Source: Piromyces finnis finn (lineage: Eukaryota > Fungi > Neocallimastigomycota). Taken from it: DNA of 64,000 nt. The stretch lies in NCBI GenBank assembly GCA_002104945.1, contig MCFH01000013.1, positions 62,001-126,000 on the forward strand, given 5' to 3'. Below are positions 1-11,499 of the stretch, piece after piece (within the stretch, counting starts at the first letter, position 1; the number at the start of each line of letters is the position of its first letter). Under the pieces are notes generated by a model. That model was not told the DNA's origin. It ran no database searches and worked only from the letters and a program-made list of their open reading frames with translations. The position numbers and the translations under genes are program-made.

Positions 1-3000
1 AAGACAAGCTAACTACAAGGACAAAGAGCCCTTAATAGCTAATTTATTAGGTATTCATGGCAGTCTTTATTCCAAGAACCCTAACAAGACTAACAATCGT
101 AATAACAACCAAAGGAACAACAATAACAACAATCGCCCGTCTAACCAAAAAGGAAAAGGCTCCAGTAACTTGGATAGCAAGTCTAGTACCCAAAATCCCA
201 ATAAAAGTACTAAACCTAATAATGGTACTTCATACTCCAGCTATCTCTGTGAAGTAGAAGAGCAAGATATCTTAGAGCTACCAAATCCTGATCCGGAGAA
301 GTATCCCATCGTGAAGACTAGTGTAAAAACTTCTAAAGGATCTAGACAGGTTATCACTTCGTCTCTCTTAGATTCCGGCTCTACTACCAATGTAATCCAT
401 ATGGATTTAGTGAAGAAACTAGGAATTAAGACCATACCAGCTGATACTGTTGTAAAGGTCATGGGAGGTAATGTCCTAATGCATTACATCACAGAAGAGT
501 TCAACATTGTAATGAACTTATCTTCTATAGGAGGAACTCGAGAAGAAGTTCGTCAATACAAACTTCGATGCCACGTAGCTGATCAGCTTCCTTCTTCGAT
601 TCTCCTAGGTTCTAAGTTCATGAAAACCAACTTCTTCTGTATCTTAACACAACCTGACCATTCCTTTACAGTTAAAATTGGTCCTGTTCCTTTCTCCAAC
701 CATAATGGATCTGAGATTAAATCTCCTAACTTTAGGAATTATTTGAAGAAATCTACACCTCTTCATGAAGTTATGTTTATCACGGAACTCGAAGACTCAA
801 ATCTAGATAAATCAACTTCCATTCCAACAGAAACAGTCTTCATAGCCGATGATCAGAATCCTGAACTAGTAGAATCTATCAACGGTATACCTTTGGAATA
901 TGAAGATTTATATGAAGCCTTCAATGAAGAACGAGCCGATGAACTTCCTGAACATCGTGTATATGATTGTTCTATCGATTTGAAACCTAATGCTTCATTA
1001 TTTTATGGGCCAATTTATCCAACTACTCCTACTGAACGTCAATTTATTAAGGAGTATATTGAAGAAAACTTGAATAAAGGATTCATTAGAAAATCCCGAT
1101 CTCCTGCTGGACATCCAGTTCTACTCCAAGATAAGAAGGATGGTAGTCTAAGATTTTGCGTTGACTATCGCAAGCTCAACGACCAAACTATCAAGAATGC
1201 CTATCCGCTACCTTTAATCCTATCAGTCTTTGAATCAATGAAAGGTGCTAACTATTTCACTAAGTTAGACCTCAAGTCAGCTTATAATTTAATTAGGATT
1301 AAAGAAGGTGACGAGTACAAGACTGCATTCAGGACGGCATTTGGTCACTTTGAGTACTTAGTCATGCCTTTTGGACTAACTAATGCTCCTGCAGTTTTCC
1401 AAGCTTTCATTAATGATATCTTTAGTGATCAAATTAATAAGTACGTTCAAGTGTACTTGGATGATATCATTATCTACTCCAAGACCCTTGAAGAACATGT
1501 TCAACATGTTAGAAATGTTCTTCAATTAATCATTGAAAACAACTTAGTTGCGAAACTCAAAAAATGTGAGTTTCACAAAGCTGAAATCGAATTTTTGGGT
1601 CACGTAATCAGTAAGGAGGGAATCAAAACTGATCCTCACAAAATTGAAGCAGTTAAGAACTGGCCTATCCCTACTACTGTGAAAGAAGTTCAGTCCTTCT
1701 TAGGGTTATGCAATTACTACCGTCGCTTTATCTCTAACTTTTCTAAAATTGCAAAACCATTATACAATTTAACTAAGAAAGGCGTCACTTTCATATGGAC
1801 AGACGAGTGTAATAGAGCATTTAATCAACTTAAAGAATTTCTTACTTCAGCCCCAGTTTTACTTTGTCCTGATCATGATAAACCATTCATAGTTGAATGT
1901 GACGCAAGTGACTTTGCTATCGGGGGAGTACTTTCACAAAAAGGTGATGATGGAGACCTGCATCCAGTTTATTACTTTTCTAAAACCCTTCATGATGCAG
2001 AACTTAATTACTCTATCACCGAAAAGGAACTCTTAGCAATTCGTCAAGCTTTTATCGAATGGCGTCACTTACTTCAAGGTGCAAAATATCCTATTACCGT
2101 TTATTCAGACCATCGAAACTTGCTTTTTGCTACCAAACCGCAACTTCTATCCCAAAGACAAGCTCGTTGGCAAGAATACTTTGCTACCTTTGATTTCAAG
2201 ATTATCTATCGACCAGGAAAGAAAAATGGTAAAGCTGATGCTCTCTCTCGTAGATCCGACCATATGCTCACAGTTGGTAAGGATATAAGTGAATCGTCCT
2301 TACTTAAACCAACTCAATTAGAAGGATTCAACGAAGATGAATGCTACTTCTCTATGGAAACTAGCTTCATTGACGACATTAAGCAGTGCTACCTTCAAGA
2401 TGAAACCGCTTGTCAGATTCTTAAGGATCTTGAAGTTCCAAATAGTGATCATCCTTGGATTCTTCAAGATGGCCTTTTAATAAGAACCAAACATCCGGAG
2501 CAAGTATATGTTCCAAGTCAACTAAGACTCTTAGTTATTAAGCTCAACCATGATGCACCCACTGCCGGTCACTTGGGAGTCGATAAGACTTATGACATTC
2601 TTAAACGTAATTTCTATTGGGTTAATATGCGTCAAGATGTCGAGTCTTATATTCGAAGCTGTAGTGTATGCAAGGCAATGAAAACCGATCACCATGCTCC
2701 TTATGGTAATATGATCCGTGTCCCTCTTCCGGAACTTCCATGGCAACACCTACAAATGGACTTTATCACGGACTTACCATCAAGACCTTGTAATTCTACC
2801 TTACCATTCGACTCTACCAATCCGAACCACCATCAAGGTACCATAATGGTTACTACTTGCTACTTAACTAAGATGATACACTTAGTTGGGTTCAAACATT
2901 TACCCACTGCTAAGGAAACTGCTACTGCTTTTCTTAACCATATTTTCAAACTTCACGGATTCCCCTTATCTATCGTTACAGACCGTGGTACTCAGTTCGA

Positions 3001-3850
3001 AAGTCGTCTTTGGTCCCACTTGATGGAATTCTTTAATATCGATCACCACTCTGCTACTACTGGCCATCACCGCACTGTTGGACAAGTAGAACGTAACAAC
3101 GACTACGTTGAAACTTATCTTCGTTGCTACTTAGCTCAATTTGATGATCTCAGTTGGATGGATCATTTGTACTTAGCTGAATTTTGCTACAACAACTCCA
3201 TCCATGCTTCCACCAAGCAACCACCATTTCTCTCCGTTTATAATTATCAAGTTCACGCAAACCCACAAGTTGCAGACCTTGTTTCTTCTTTAGGACTTCA
3301 TCCCCTCATCGATAGCTTCTCCCATAATTTAGCTGACCTTAAGCATACTCTCGAAGTCAGTCGTACCCGTTATCTCGATGAAAAGGATAAGCACCTTTAT
3401 CACAACTTTAAGCGCTTCAAGGTCCACGATCTTGTTTGGCTTCGCAAACCCGCTAATTATCATCCTCCATTAGCGTTCAAGCTCCAAACCCGCAAGTATG
3501 GTCCATACAAGGTCACTGGTGTCGATGAATCTAAGCTCAACTACCGCCTTGATTTATCTACCTCACCTTTCCCTCGTGTCTACCCCGTATTCCACATCAG
3601 TGAACTCGAACCATATCATCTCACTCCTCACCATCTATTGCTCAACCATCCCAACTCCAATGAAATCACCAAGATCCTTAGTTCTCGTAAATCGGGTCAT
3701 TTTTACGAGTACTTAGTCACTTTTACTGACTTATCTCAACGTTGGATCAATGCTGACACCATTGATAAGGATGACTACTACAGCACCCTTTTAGCTGATT
3801 ACCAACGTCGCGCTTACCAACAATTCACCAATTCCGTCCCAGATTCTTAA
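1..3850 (+). CDS. pol: Ty3/Gypsy family A gag-pol polyprotein (5'-partial): aspartic protease, RT, RNase H, integrase, degenerate chromo-like tail
   Basis: The frame of ORF 170..3850 (TTG start in the track) is open back to base 2 (RQANYKDKEPLIANLLGIHGS...), so gag and pol are fused. Motifs: LLDSGS (protease), YLDD (RT), [19 protein letters not shown] (RNase H), HxxxxxGH..CxxC, MDF/TDRG/QVER (integrase DDE), GPY. Domain order PR-RT-RH-IN is Ty3/Gypsy. Confidence 0.95.
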   Translation, partial: RQANYKDKEPLIANLLGIHGSLYSKNPNKTNNRNNNQRNNNNNNRPSNQKGKGSSNLDSKSSTQNPNKSTKPNNGTSYSSYLCEVEEQDILELPNPDPEKYPIVKTSVKTSKGSRQVITSSLLDSGSTTNVIHMDLVKKLGIKTIPADTVVKVMGGNVLMHYITEEFNIVMNLSSIGGTREEVRQYKLRCHVADQLPSSILLGSKFMKTNFFCILTQPDHSFTVKIGPVPFSNHNGSEIKSPNFRNYLKKSTPLHEVMFITELEDSNLDKSTSIPTETVFIADDQNPELVESINGIPLEYEDLYEAFNEERADELPEHRVYDCSIDLKPNASLFYGPIYPTTPTERQFIKEYIEENLNKGFIRKSRSPAGHPVLLQDKKDGSLRFCVDYRKLNDQTIKNAYPLPLILSVFESMKGANYFTKLDLKSAYNLIRIKEGDEYKTAFRTAFGHFEYLVMPFGLTNAPAVFQAFINDIFSDQINKYVQVYLDDIIIYSKTLEEHVQHVRNVLQLIIENNLVAKLKKCEFHKAEIEFLGHVISKEGIKTDPHKIEAVKNWPIPTTVKEVQSFLGLCNYYRRFISNFSKIAKPLYNLTKKGVTFIWTDECNRAFNQLKEFLTSAPVLLCPDHDKPFIVECDASDFAIGGVLSQKGDDGDLHPVYYFSKTLHDAELNYSITEKELLAIRQAFIEWRHLLQGAKYPITVYSDHRNLLFATKPQLLSQRQARWQEYFATFDFKIIYRPGKKNGKADALSRRSDHMLTVGKDISESSLLKPTQLEGFNEDECYFSMETSFIDDIKQCYLQDETACQILKDLEVPNSDHPWILQDGLLIRTKHPEQVYVPSQLRLLVIKLNHDAPTAGHLGVDKTYDILKRNFYWVNMRQDVESYIRSCSVCKAMKTDHHAPYGNMIRVPLPELPWQHLQMDFITDLPSRPCNSTLPFDSTNPNHHQGTIMVTTCYLTKMIHLVGFKHLPTAKETATAFLNHIFKLHGFPLSIVTDRGTQFESRLWSHLMEFFNIDHHSATTGHHRTVGQVERNNDYVETYLRCYLAQFDDLSWMDHLYLAEFCYNNSIHASTKQPPFLSVYNYQVHANPQVADLVSSLGLHPLIDSFSHNLADLKHTLEVSRTRYLDEKDKHLYHNFKRFKVHDLVWLRKPANYHPPLAFKLQTRKYGPYKVTGVDESKLNYRLDLSTSPFPRVYPVFHISELEPYHLTPHHLLLNHPNSNEITKILSSRKSGHFYEYLVTFTDLSQRWINADTIDKDDYYSTLLADYQRRAYQQFTNSVPDS

Positions 3851-3870
3851 TCTGGACCCCACTTATTAGT

Positions 3871-4038
3871 ACCCCACCTACTAGTGTCTACCACCCTTAC
3901 TCCTTCACTACCCACCTATCGCCACTACCCCACCTACTAGTGTCTACCACTCTTACTCCTTCACTACCCACCTATCGCCACTACCCCACCTACTAGTGTC
4001 TACCACTCTTACTCCTTCACTACCCACCTATCGCCACT
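3871..4038 (+). repeat. Three 56-bp tandem repeats in the 3' UTR of element A
   Basis: Unit ACCCCACCTACTAGTGTCTACCAC(C/T)CTTACTCCTTCACTACCCACCTATCGCCACT starts at 3871, 3927 and 3983. Confidence 0.95.
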
Positions 4039-4450
4039 ACCCACCTACTACCCACAACTCCGCTACCCACTAGTCGCCACCACTACAACTACCAACCACT
4101 ATTCCGCTACCCAACCACCCTCTTTCGCCTTTGCCCTCAACCCTCAAATTTCGCAACCTTTTCCGCACCCCAAAATCCGCTTCCCCTCGAGTCATATCAT
4201 TTCCCTAACCTTCACGTGTAGTCTCCATTTCTGAAGAATCCACGTGATACCCTCTCAACTTTTCTTGAACACTTTTACACTTCACTTTTTCAACACTTAG
4301 ATTTTTTTTCAAAAATTGTGAATTTCCATTTTTTGAAAATTCTCAAAATTTTTCTAAGTGTCGTGGAAGTGTCCATGTCCAAATTATTATGACGTGCCAG
4401 TGTCCATAAATTTTTGGGTCGTCCGGCGAAACGACCCTTAGGACGGGCAG

Positions 4451-5019
4451 TGTCACAATAACATATATAAAAATTTAAAAAATTTGGACACATGGAAAAA
4501 ATTAAAAATTTTTTCAAAATTTGAAAATTTGAAAATTTGAAAAAATTTATTTTTTAAATTTTTATTAAAAAATTTCAAAGTATAAAATTTCTAATATTTG
4601 AAATTATTAAATTTTTTAAAATTATTAAAATTTTATTATTAAAAATTTTATTTTAAATTTATTAACTATTTACAATAATTATATTAATTATTAATTTATA
4701 AAAATTAAATATTTTATAATTAGATAATAATTAATTAAAATTAAAAAATGTAATAATTAAAATTGTTCATGTATAAAAAGAACAAAAATTGACAAAAATT
4801 ACGAAGCTTTAGCGTTAGTAATTTTTTAACTTAAAGTTAATAAAATTTATAAACTTCTATAAAACCTAAAACTTTAAAAATTTTAATATTTTTAATAACT
4901 TAATATATGCTGATATTAAGTTATTGCTAAAATAAAAATATTATTTAATTTTCTTTATATAAATATTATTAGCTTTACGCCTTCAATAGGAAAGCGTATT
5001 ATATTTGTTAATTAATATA
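4451..5019 (+). repeat. Probable truncated 3' LTR of element A
   Basis: TGTCAC start follows the purine-rich AGGACGGGCAG and the conserved pre-PPT hairpin at the same spacing as in B and C. No matching GTGACA end occurs before the B LTR begins at 5020. Confidence 0.6.
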
Positions 5020-6152
5020 TGTTAAGTTTTTGGGTTTGGTTATGCGGCCAGGTCAGAATGTTATTAATTATATAGTAAAAATGTTTTTTAAGAAATTAAA
5101 TTTAATTATAAAATAACACCTTAAACTCCCAAATGAAAAATGAAAAATTTATATTTACTTTAAAATAACTTTTTATAAATTTTTTATTTATTTAATAATA
5201 ATATAAATGATATTATAAGTAACTATATAATTAAGATTATAACTATAATCTTTACAAAGAATTAAAATCGAATTCAATTCATTCTCTTTTATATTCTTTG
5301 TTCAGATTATTAAATTGATATTAATAAGAATAAAGTATTACATATAATATATTAGTAATATAATTAAATAAGTAATAAGATTGTTTGTTTGTTTGTTTGT
5401 TTGTTTGTCATGACATAAAATAAAATAAACATATGATTAATCATTTAAACAGTTGATCCTAATTAGTAATTATAAAAACTATTCAATTAATAATTCATCA
5501 TTATTAATTGATATTACCATAACATATTTGTTATAACTAAATAATTATTATTTTCAAAATTATTTCTAATAAAACTTGCCGTTAACCTATTTTATAATAA
5601 TTAAGATTATTTAATTTATAGGTATTAACTGTTACACCTAAATGGGTCTAGTTCTATTTTTAGTAACAATCGTTATCATTAATTAAATTAATATAACTAA
5701 AATTCCTATTGATATATTTTTAATTTCATCAAGTCATAAGAAATATTTATGATCCATACTTGATATCATATTGATTTTAATTTACCTAATAAAATCTTTA
5801 AATGATCATAACTTCCTTAAATGATCAGTTAGAAGGACCGCGATTGTACCAAATTGTAGCTTTCTTCCTAAGCTTTCCAATAAACCTAGTTTCATCACCG
5901 TAGTACTTATAGCCGTAGCGATCGTTTTTGGCGAGTTACACCTTATTTCGTACTTGCTTATTTTTGGTTAAGGGTTATAGTATATTGATATTAAATTTTT
6001 GAAATCATAACCCTTTCACTGAATCAAAATTTAAAAGGTGACTTTTAAAAGTGTTTTAAAATAATTATTGAAATTATTTAATTATAATTATTATGTTTAA
6101 TTAATTATAGATATTATCTGAATTTGTTTTAAATCCAGTTAATATCTTCACA
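5020..6152 (-). repeat. Family B LTR copy 1 (extra/solo LTR, 1133 bp)
   Basis: TGTTAAG...CTTCACA termini; near-identical to the LTRs at 6160, 12558 and 18945; no internal domain attached. Confidence 0.95.
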
Positions 6153-6159
6153 TATGGTT

Positions 6160-7287
6160 TGTTAAGTTTTTGGGTTTGGTTATGCGGCCAGGTCAGAATG
6201 TTATTAATTATATAGTAAAAATGTTTTTTAAGAAATTAAATTTAATTATAAACTAACACCTTAAACTCCCAAATGAAAAATGAAAAATTTATATTTACTT
6301 TAAAATAACTTTTTATAAATTTTTTATTTATTTAATAATAATATAAATGATATTATAAGTAACTATATAATTAAGATTATAACTATAATCTTTACAAGGA
6401 ATTAAAATCGAATTCAATTCATTCTCTTTTATATTCTTTGTTCAGATTATTAAATTGATATTAATAAGAATAAAGTATTACATGTAATATATTAGTAATA
6501 TAATTAAATAAGTAATAAGATTGTTGTTTGTTTGTTTGTTTGTTTGTCATGACATAAAATAAAATAAACATATGATTAATCATTTAAACAGTTGATCCTA
6601 ATTAGTAATTATAAAAACTATTCAATTAATAATTCATCATTATTAATTGATATTACCATAACATATTTGTTATAACTAAATAATTATTATTTTCAAAATT
6701 ATTTCTAATAAAACTTGCCGTTAACCTATTTTATAATAATTAAGATTATTTAATTTATAAGTATTAACTGTTACACCTAAATGGGTCTAGTTCTATTTTT
6801 AGTAACAATCGTTATCATTAATTAAATTAATATAACTAAAATTCCTATTGATATATTTTTAATTTCATCAAGTCATAAGAATATTTATGATCCATACTTG
6901 ATATCATATTGATTTTAATTTACCTAATAAAATCTTTAAATGATCATAACTTCCTTAAATGATCAGTTAGAAGGACCGCGATTGTACCAAATTGTAGCTT
7001 TCTTCCTAAGCTTTCCAATAAACCTAGTTCATCACCGATACTTATAGCCGTAGCGATCGTTTTTGGCGAGTTACACCTTATTTCGTACTTGCTTATTTTT
7101 GGTTAAGGGTTATAGTATATTGATATTAAATTTTTGAAATCATAACCCTTTCACTGAATCAAAATTTAAAAGGTGACTTTTAAAAGTGTTTTAAAATAAT
7201 TATTGAAATTATTTAATTATAATTATTATGTTTAATTAATTATAGATATTATCTGAATTTGTTTTAAATCCAGTTAATATCTTCACA
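6160..7287 (-). repeat. Family B LTR copy 2 (3' LTR of copy 1)
   Basis: TG...CA termini; preceded on the minus strand by the PPT AGGGAGGGCGT (7288-7298). Confidence 0.95.
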
Positions 7288-7687
7288 ACGCCCTCCCTAG
7301 GAATTCGTATTCCAGACGAATTCTATGAACTGGAGCGAAAAGTAAAAATTTTTGATTTTAAAAAATTTTTTCGAGAGGAAGTAATAATTTCAAAAGGTCA
7401 CTTGGCCATTGTGAGATTTTTGAAATTTCACTTTTTGAAAAATTTTCTTGTAGGTAAAATTTTAATAATAAAATTGATACTGCAGATTTTGAATATGAAA
7501 ATAAAAATAAAAAATAATAAAGTTTTAATATGATAATTGAAAAATATTCGGTGTAAAAATTTTGAAATGTTGAAATTTCAAAATTTTGTGATGAGTTAAA
7601 TTTCGAAATTTAGTTGTTATAAAAATATTTTGTAAATGGTGTAAAAGTTATTTTTAGAGAATTATTGACTTATTAATATTATTTTAA

Positions 7688-10600
7688 TTAATTATATGCT
7701 ATAGAAGCATAATGTCGTCCACTTTTTAAATATTTTTGATAAATGTATTGATTACGTGGATTGTCTTCTACTTCACTTGCTGGTACCCAATTATAAGCGG
7801 AACGGTATTTGTATCGAATTTTATATTCATATCGTTGTTGTTTATAATTTGTACGGAATCCAGATATTTCCACTATATCTTTTATTGATTCTGGATCCGC
7901 AGTTCTATTTAAAAATTCTTTTGGAGTTGATCTATAAGGTTCCAACTCAGATACATGAAATATTGGATAGTGTTTGGGAAAAGGTGATTTTTTGATATCG
8001 ATTTCATAATTGTTATTTCTCAAAACTTGAGTTATTTTATATGGACCATATTTACAAGGAGCTAATTTGGAACTATTTTCAATATTTAGAGAAGGTGGGG
8101 CTTGAATCCAAACTAAATCATCAATTTTAAATTTTGGAGCTTCTAAACGACTTTTATCCACTCTTCTTTTATACAACTCTTTGGAGCGTAGTAACACTTC
8201 TTTTATGTGGTTGAATGCATCATTAACGTTTTGAACTAGTTTATGATTAATATTACATTGTGGTAATAGGGTCATTTCATCCATCGGAGGGTGGAAACCA
8301 TAATTAATGAAGAATGGTGTTTCTTTGGTTGATTCATTAACAGCGTTGTTATAGGCGAATTCTGCAAGTGGAAGCCAATCAACCCAGTCGTCATGATAGA
8401 AAGACTTGGAATAACATCTAAGATACTGTTCAATAAAAGAATTTGACCTCTCGACCTGTCCAACAGTTTCATGGTGGTCAGTAGTAGCTATTCTTGGATG
8501 AATATATAATAAATCCAAAAATTCGAGCCAAACATCACTTGTAAATTGTGAGCCTCTATCAGTATATAGGTCATAAGGGAGACCATGTAAACGATATACA
8601 TTGTTCAAAAAAGCTTTTGCAGTTTGTGCTGCGTTTGGAACTTGTTTAAACGGCACTAAGTGAATCATTTTAGAAAAGCGGTCAACCACTACCATAATTA
8701 CGGTGTACCCTTTAGACTCAGGAAGGCCACAAAGAAAGTCAATTTCTATAGATTTCCATGGACGTTCTGGAGTATCTAAAGGTTGTAATTTTCCATATTT
8801 CCGATGTCTAGTTACTTTATTTCTTGTGCATGTCTCACAAGAATTAACAAATTTAGTGACATCATCCTTAATTTTAGGCCACCAAAAATTTCGAGTTATC
8901 AATTCTAAAGTCCTTTTTATACCAAGATGTCCAGCAGAGGGTTGTTCATGATATTTCATAAGAACATCTAAACATAGTTTCTCAGGGATATAAACTAAGT
9001 TATTATATAAAATAAGATTATTTTTTAATTCAAACTTGTTCATTTTCCTAAATGGTCTATAAGCCTTTTGGTCATTATGTGGGCTGAAATATAGCATAAT
9101 ATCCTTAGCAGTTTCGTCGTCCTTTAAGTATTGAATAACTTGTTCCAAGAAGTTACTCATAATACCAATGAAACTTGGTATTAGTTTTACATTTTTTGAG
9201 TCTAAAATATATTCTGGCTTTTCTTCATAAGTCCTATCCATGTAGTCAGGTCTGCGAGATAGACAATCAGGTTTACCATTCTTACGACCTTGTCTGTATA
9301 TAAGTTCAAAGTCGTATTCATGAAAGAAAAGGTGCCAACGATGTTGTCTTTGATTACCTACCTTTCCTCCAAGAGTATAAAGTAAATTTCTATGATCAGT
9401 GTAAACTTTTATTTTATATTTAGCACCAAGAAGAAGGTGCCTCCAAGTAGAGAAAGAATCCTTAATGGCTAATAGTTCTTTATCTGTTATAGAATAATTA
9501 ACTTCAGAACTACTTAGACTTCTGGAGTAGTAAGCAACAGGATGTAGACGATTTTCTGAATCATATTGAGAAAGTATAGAACCGATAGCAACATTACTTG
9601 CATCACATTCTAAAATATATTGTTTTTGAGAATCAGGATGTGATAAAATAGGTGCTGAAGTTAAACGCGTTTTTAAAATGTTAAATGAGGATTCACATTC
9701 TGTGGACCATTTGAACTTTGCATTCTTTTTTGTTAGGTTGTGGAGGGGTTTAGCCAAGTCTGCAAAATTCATTACAAAGCGTCTATAGTAGTTACAAAGA
9801 CCTAAAAATCTTTGTACATCCTTAACTGTAGTAGGAATAGGCCAATTTTTGATTGACTCTATCTTTTTTGGGTCGGTAGCAATTCCTGAACCTGAAATAA
9901 CATATCCTAAGAATTCAACTTGTGGTTTGTCAAATTCACATTTAGGAAGTTTAGCATATAAATTATTTTCTAATAGTTTAGAAAGAACTTCACGTACATG
10001 TTGGTGGTGTTCTTCTAAGGTTTTTGAAAATATAAGAATATCATCCAAATAGAGAATAACAGATTTTTCCAAGAAAGGTCTGAGAACAGAATTTATAAAT
10101 GCCTGAAAAGTAGCAGGAGCGTTACGTAAACCAAATGGCATCACTAAATATTCATAGTGACCAAACTTTGTGCGAAAAGCAGTTTTATATTCATCACCAT
10201 TTCTTATTCTAACTAAATTATAAGCAGAGCGTAAGTCGAGCTTGGTGAAATACTTTGCACCTTTGACACGTTCTATAATGTCGGTAATAAGTGGTATTGG
10301 GTAGGAGTTACGTATCGTTACAGAATTGAGTTTTTTATAATCAATACAAACTCTAAGAGTACCATCTTTCTTTTTCTGAAATACCACTGGATATCCTGCA
10401 GGTGATTCGGATGGTCTAATAAAGCCTTTTTCTAAATTTTCCTTGATATACTCTTCTAAAACTTTTGATTCTTCTTCTGATAAGGGATAGATGGGACCAT
10501 AGTGAAGAGTAGCATCTTTTTCTAGTACTATTTTACAATCTGTAATTCTATGTGGTGGTAGTTTATCAGCTTCTTGTTTGCTGAAAACTTTTGCCAAATC

Positions 10601-11485
10601 TCGATAGGGTTTTGGAATATCTTCAATAGTATGTTCTTCTAAATTGCTTACTTCTTCTGGTTTTTCGGACAAAAAAGTATGAATTAAATAATTATAATTA
10701 TATCTATCATAATTATTTTTATTTAATATAACTTTTCTAAAAAATTTGGAACGTTTAGGGTTAAATTTGTGGAATCGACCATTTTTCTTCTTACTAAAGG
10801 TTTTAGATCTGAAATAAAAATTATGAATTTTATTTTTTAAATTATAAAAATTGGTGGAATAATTTTTATTTTTATTTTTTGTGTTATTTACACCTGTAGA
10901 AGTGGTAGGTGTAACATTTATGTCATTTCTATTATAAGAAATGAATTGTTCTAATTTTAAAAATTTAGTAGCATGCTTCATATTGAATTTCTTTCTGTTA
11001 AAATCATATTTTAAATTTGAATATAAATAATTTTTATTATAATTATAATGAATTTCATATTTGGACATGAATATATTTCCAAATAATAAATCTGTCGGAA
11101 TATAATCCGCTAGTAAAAATTTTTCTTTGAAATTGATGAAATGGAATTTATTGTTGATAAATAGTTTTAACTGAAAGTTTAGATTGATATATTCATCAAG
11201 TTCAATTGAAGTACCACTGATACCTTGTACAGTGATAACATTATTAATTTTATGAGGATGTAATTGTAATGTACGTAATAGTTTGTACGACATAAAATTA
11301 CAATAAGATCCACTATCTAATAGTGATGTACATGCAATTTTATTATGTACATTATTTGTACCTCCATTATTGGATAATACATATGTATTAAAAGTAAAAA
11401 ATGTTGAAGGTAATGTATTATCTTTGTTGATAGTGGGAAAAGTGTAGTTTAATATTTTTGTATTCGAGTGGTGATGGGACTTCAA
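7688..11485 (-). CDS. pol: Family B Pol, copy 1 (PR-RT-RH-IN-chromo-like); probably reached by -1 frameshift
   Basis: LLDSGS, YLDD, ECDAS, GHLG..CETC, IDF/TDRG/QVER, YGPY and a chromo-like YEYKIRY...NWVP tail. The track start is TTG; the frame stays open up to the slippery site at 11503-11509. Confidence 0.95.
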   Translation of the reverse strand: MKSHHHSNTKILNYTFPTINKDNTLPSTFFTFNTYVLSNNGGTNNVHNKIACTSLLDSGSYCNFMSYKLLRTLQLHPHKINNVITVQGISGTSIELDEYINLNFQLKLFINNKFHFINFKEKFLLADYIPTDLLFGNIFMSKYEIHYNYNKNYLYSNLKYDFNRKKFNMKHATKFLKLEQFISYNRNDINVTPTTSTGVNNTKNKNKNYSTNFYNLKNKIHNFYFRSKTFSKKKNGRFHKFNPKRSKFFRKVILNKNNYDRYNYNYLIHTFLSEKPEEVSNLEEHTIEDIPKPYRDLAKVFSKQEADKLPPHRITDCKIVLEKDATLHYGPIYPLSEEESKVLEEYIKENLEKGFIRPSESPAGYPVVFQKKKDGTLRVCIDYKKLNSVTIRNSYPIPLITDIIERVKGAKYFTKLDLRSAYNLVRIRNGDEYKTAFRTKFGHYEYLVMPFGLRNAPATFQAFINSVLRPFLEKSVILYLDDILIFSKTLEEHHQHVREVLSKLLENNLYAKLPKCEFDKPQVEFLGYVISGSGIATDPKKIESIKNWPIPTTVKDVQRFLGLCNYYRRFVMNFADLAKPLHNLTKKNAKFKWSTECESSFNILKTRLTSAPILSHPDSQKQYILECDASNVAIGSILSQYDSENRLHPVAYYSRSLSSSEVNYSITDKELLAIKDSFSTWRHLLLGAKYKIKVYTDHRNLLYTLGGKVGNQRQHRWHLFFHEYDFELIYRQGRKNGKPDCLSRRPDYMDRTYEEKPEYILDSKNVKLIPSFIGIMSNFLEQVIQYLKDDETAKDIMLYFSPHNDQKAYRPFRKMNKFELKNNLILYNNLVYIPEKLCLDVLMKYHEQPSAGHLGIKRTLELITRNFWWPKIKDDVTKFVNSCETCTRNKVTRHRKYGKLQPLDTPERPWKSIEIDFLCGLPESKGYTVIMVVVDRFSKMIHLVPFKQVPNAAQTAKAFLNNVYRLHGLPYDLYTDRGSQFTSDVWLEFLDLLYIHPRIATTDHHETVGQVERSNSFIEQYLRCYSKSFYHDDWVDWLPLAEFAYNNAVNESTKETPFFINYGFHPPMDEMTLLPQCNINHKLVQNVNDAFNHIKEVLLRSKELYKRRVDKSRLEAPKFKIDDLVWIQAPPSLNIENSSKLAPCKYGPYKITQVLRNNNYEIDIKKSPFPKHYPIFHVSELEPYRSTPKEFLNRTADPESIKDIVEISGFRTNYKQQRYEYKIRYKYRSAYNWVPASEVEDNPRNQYIYQKYLKSGRHYASIAYN

Positions 11486-11499
11486 TGGAAGTCCTTTAT

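Noticed and set aside
4380-4460. Hammerhead ribozyme around GGCGAAACGACCC
   Set aside because: There is no CUGANGA core on either strand. The feature is better explained as the shared pre-PPT hairpin.
6153-6159. 2-LTR circle junction
   Set aside because: The spacer TATGGTT does not match the PBS-side or PPT-side bases expected from unprocessed cDNA ends.
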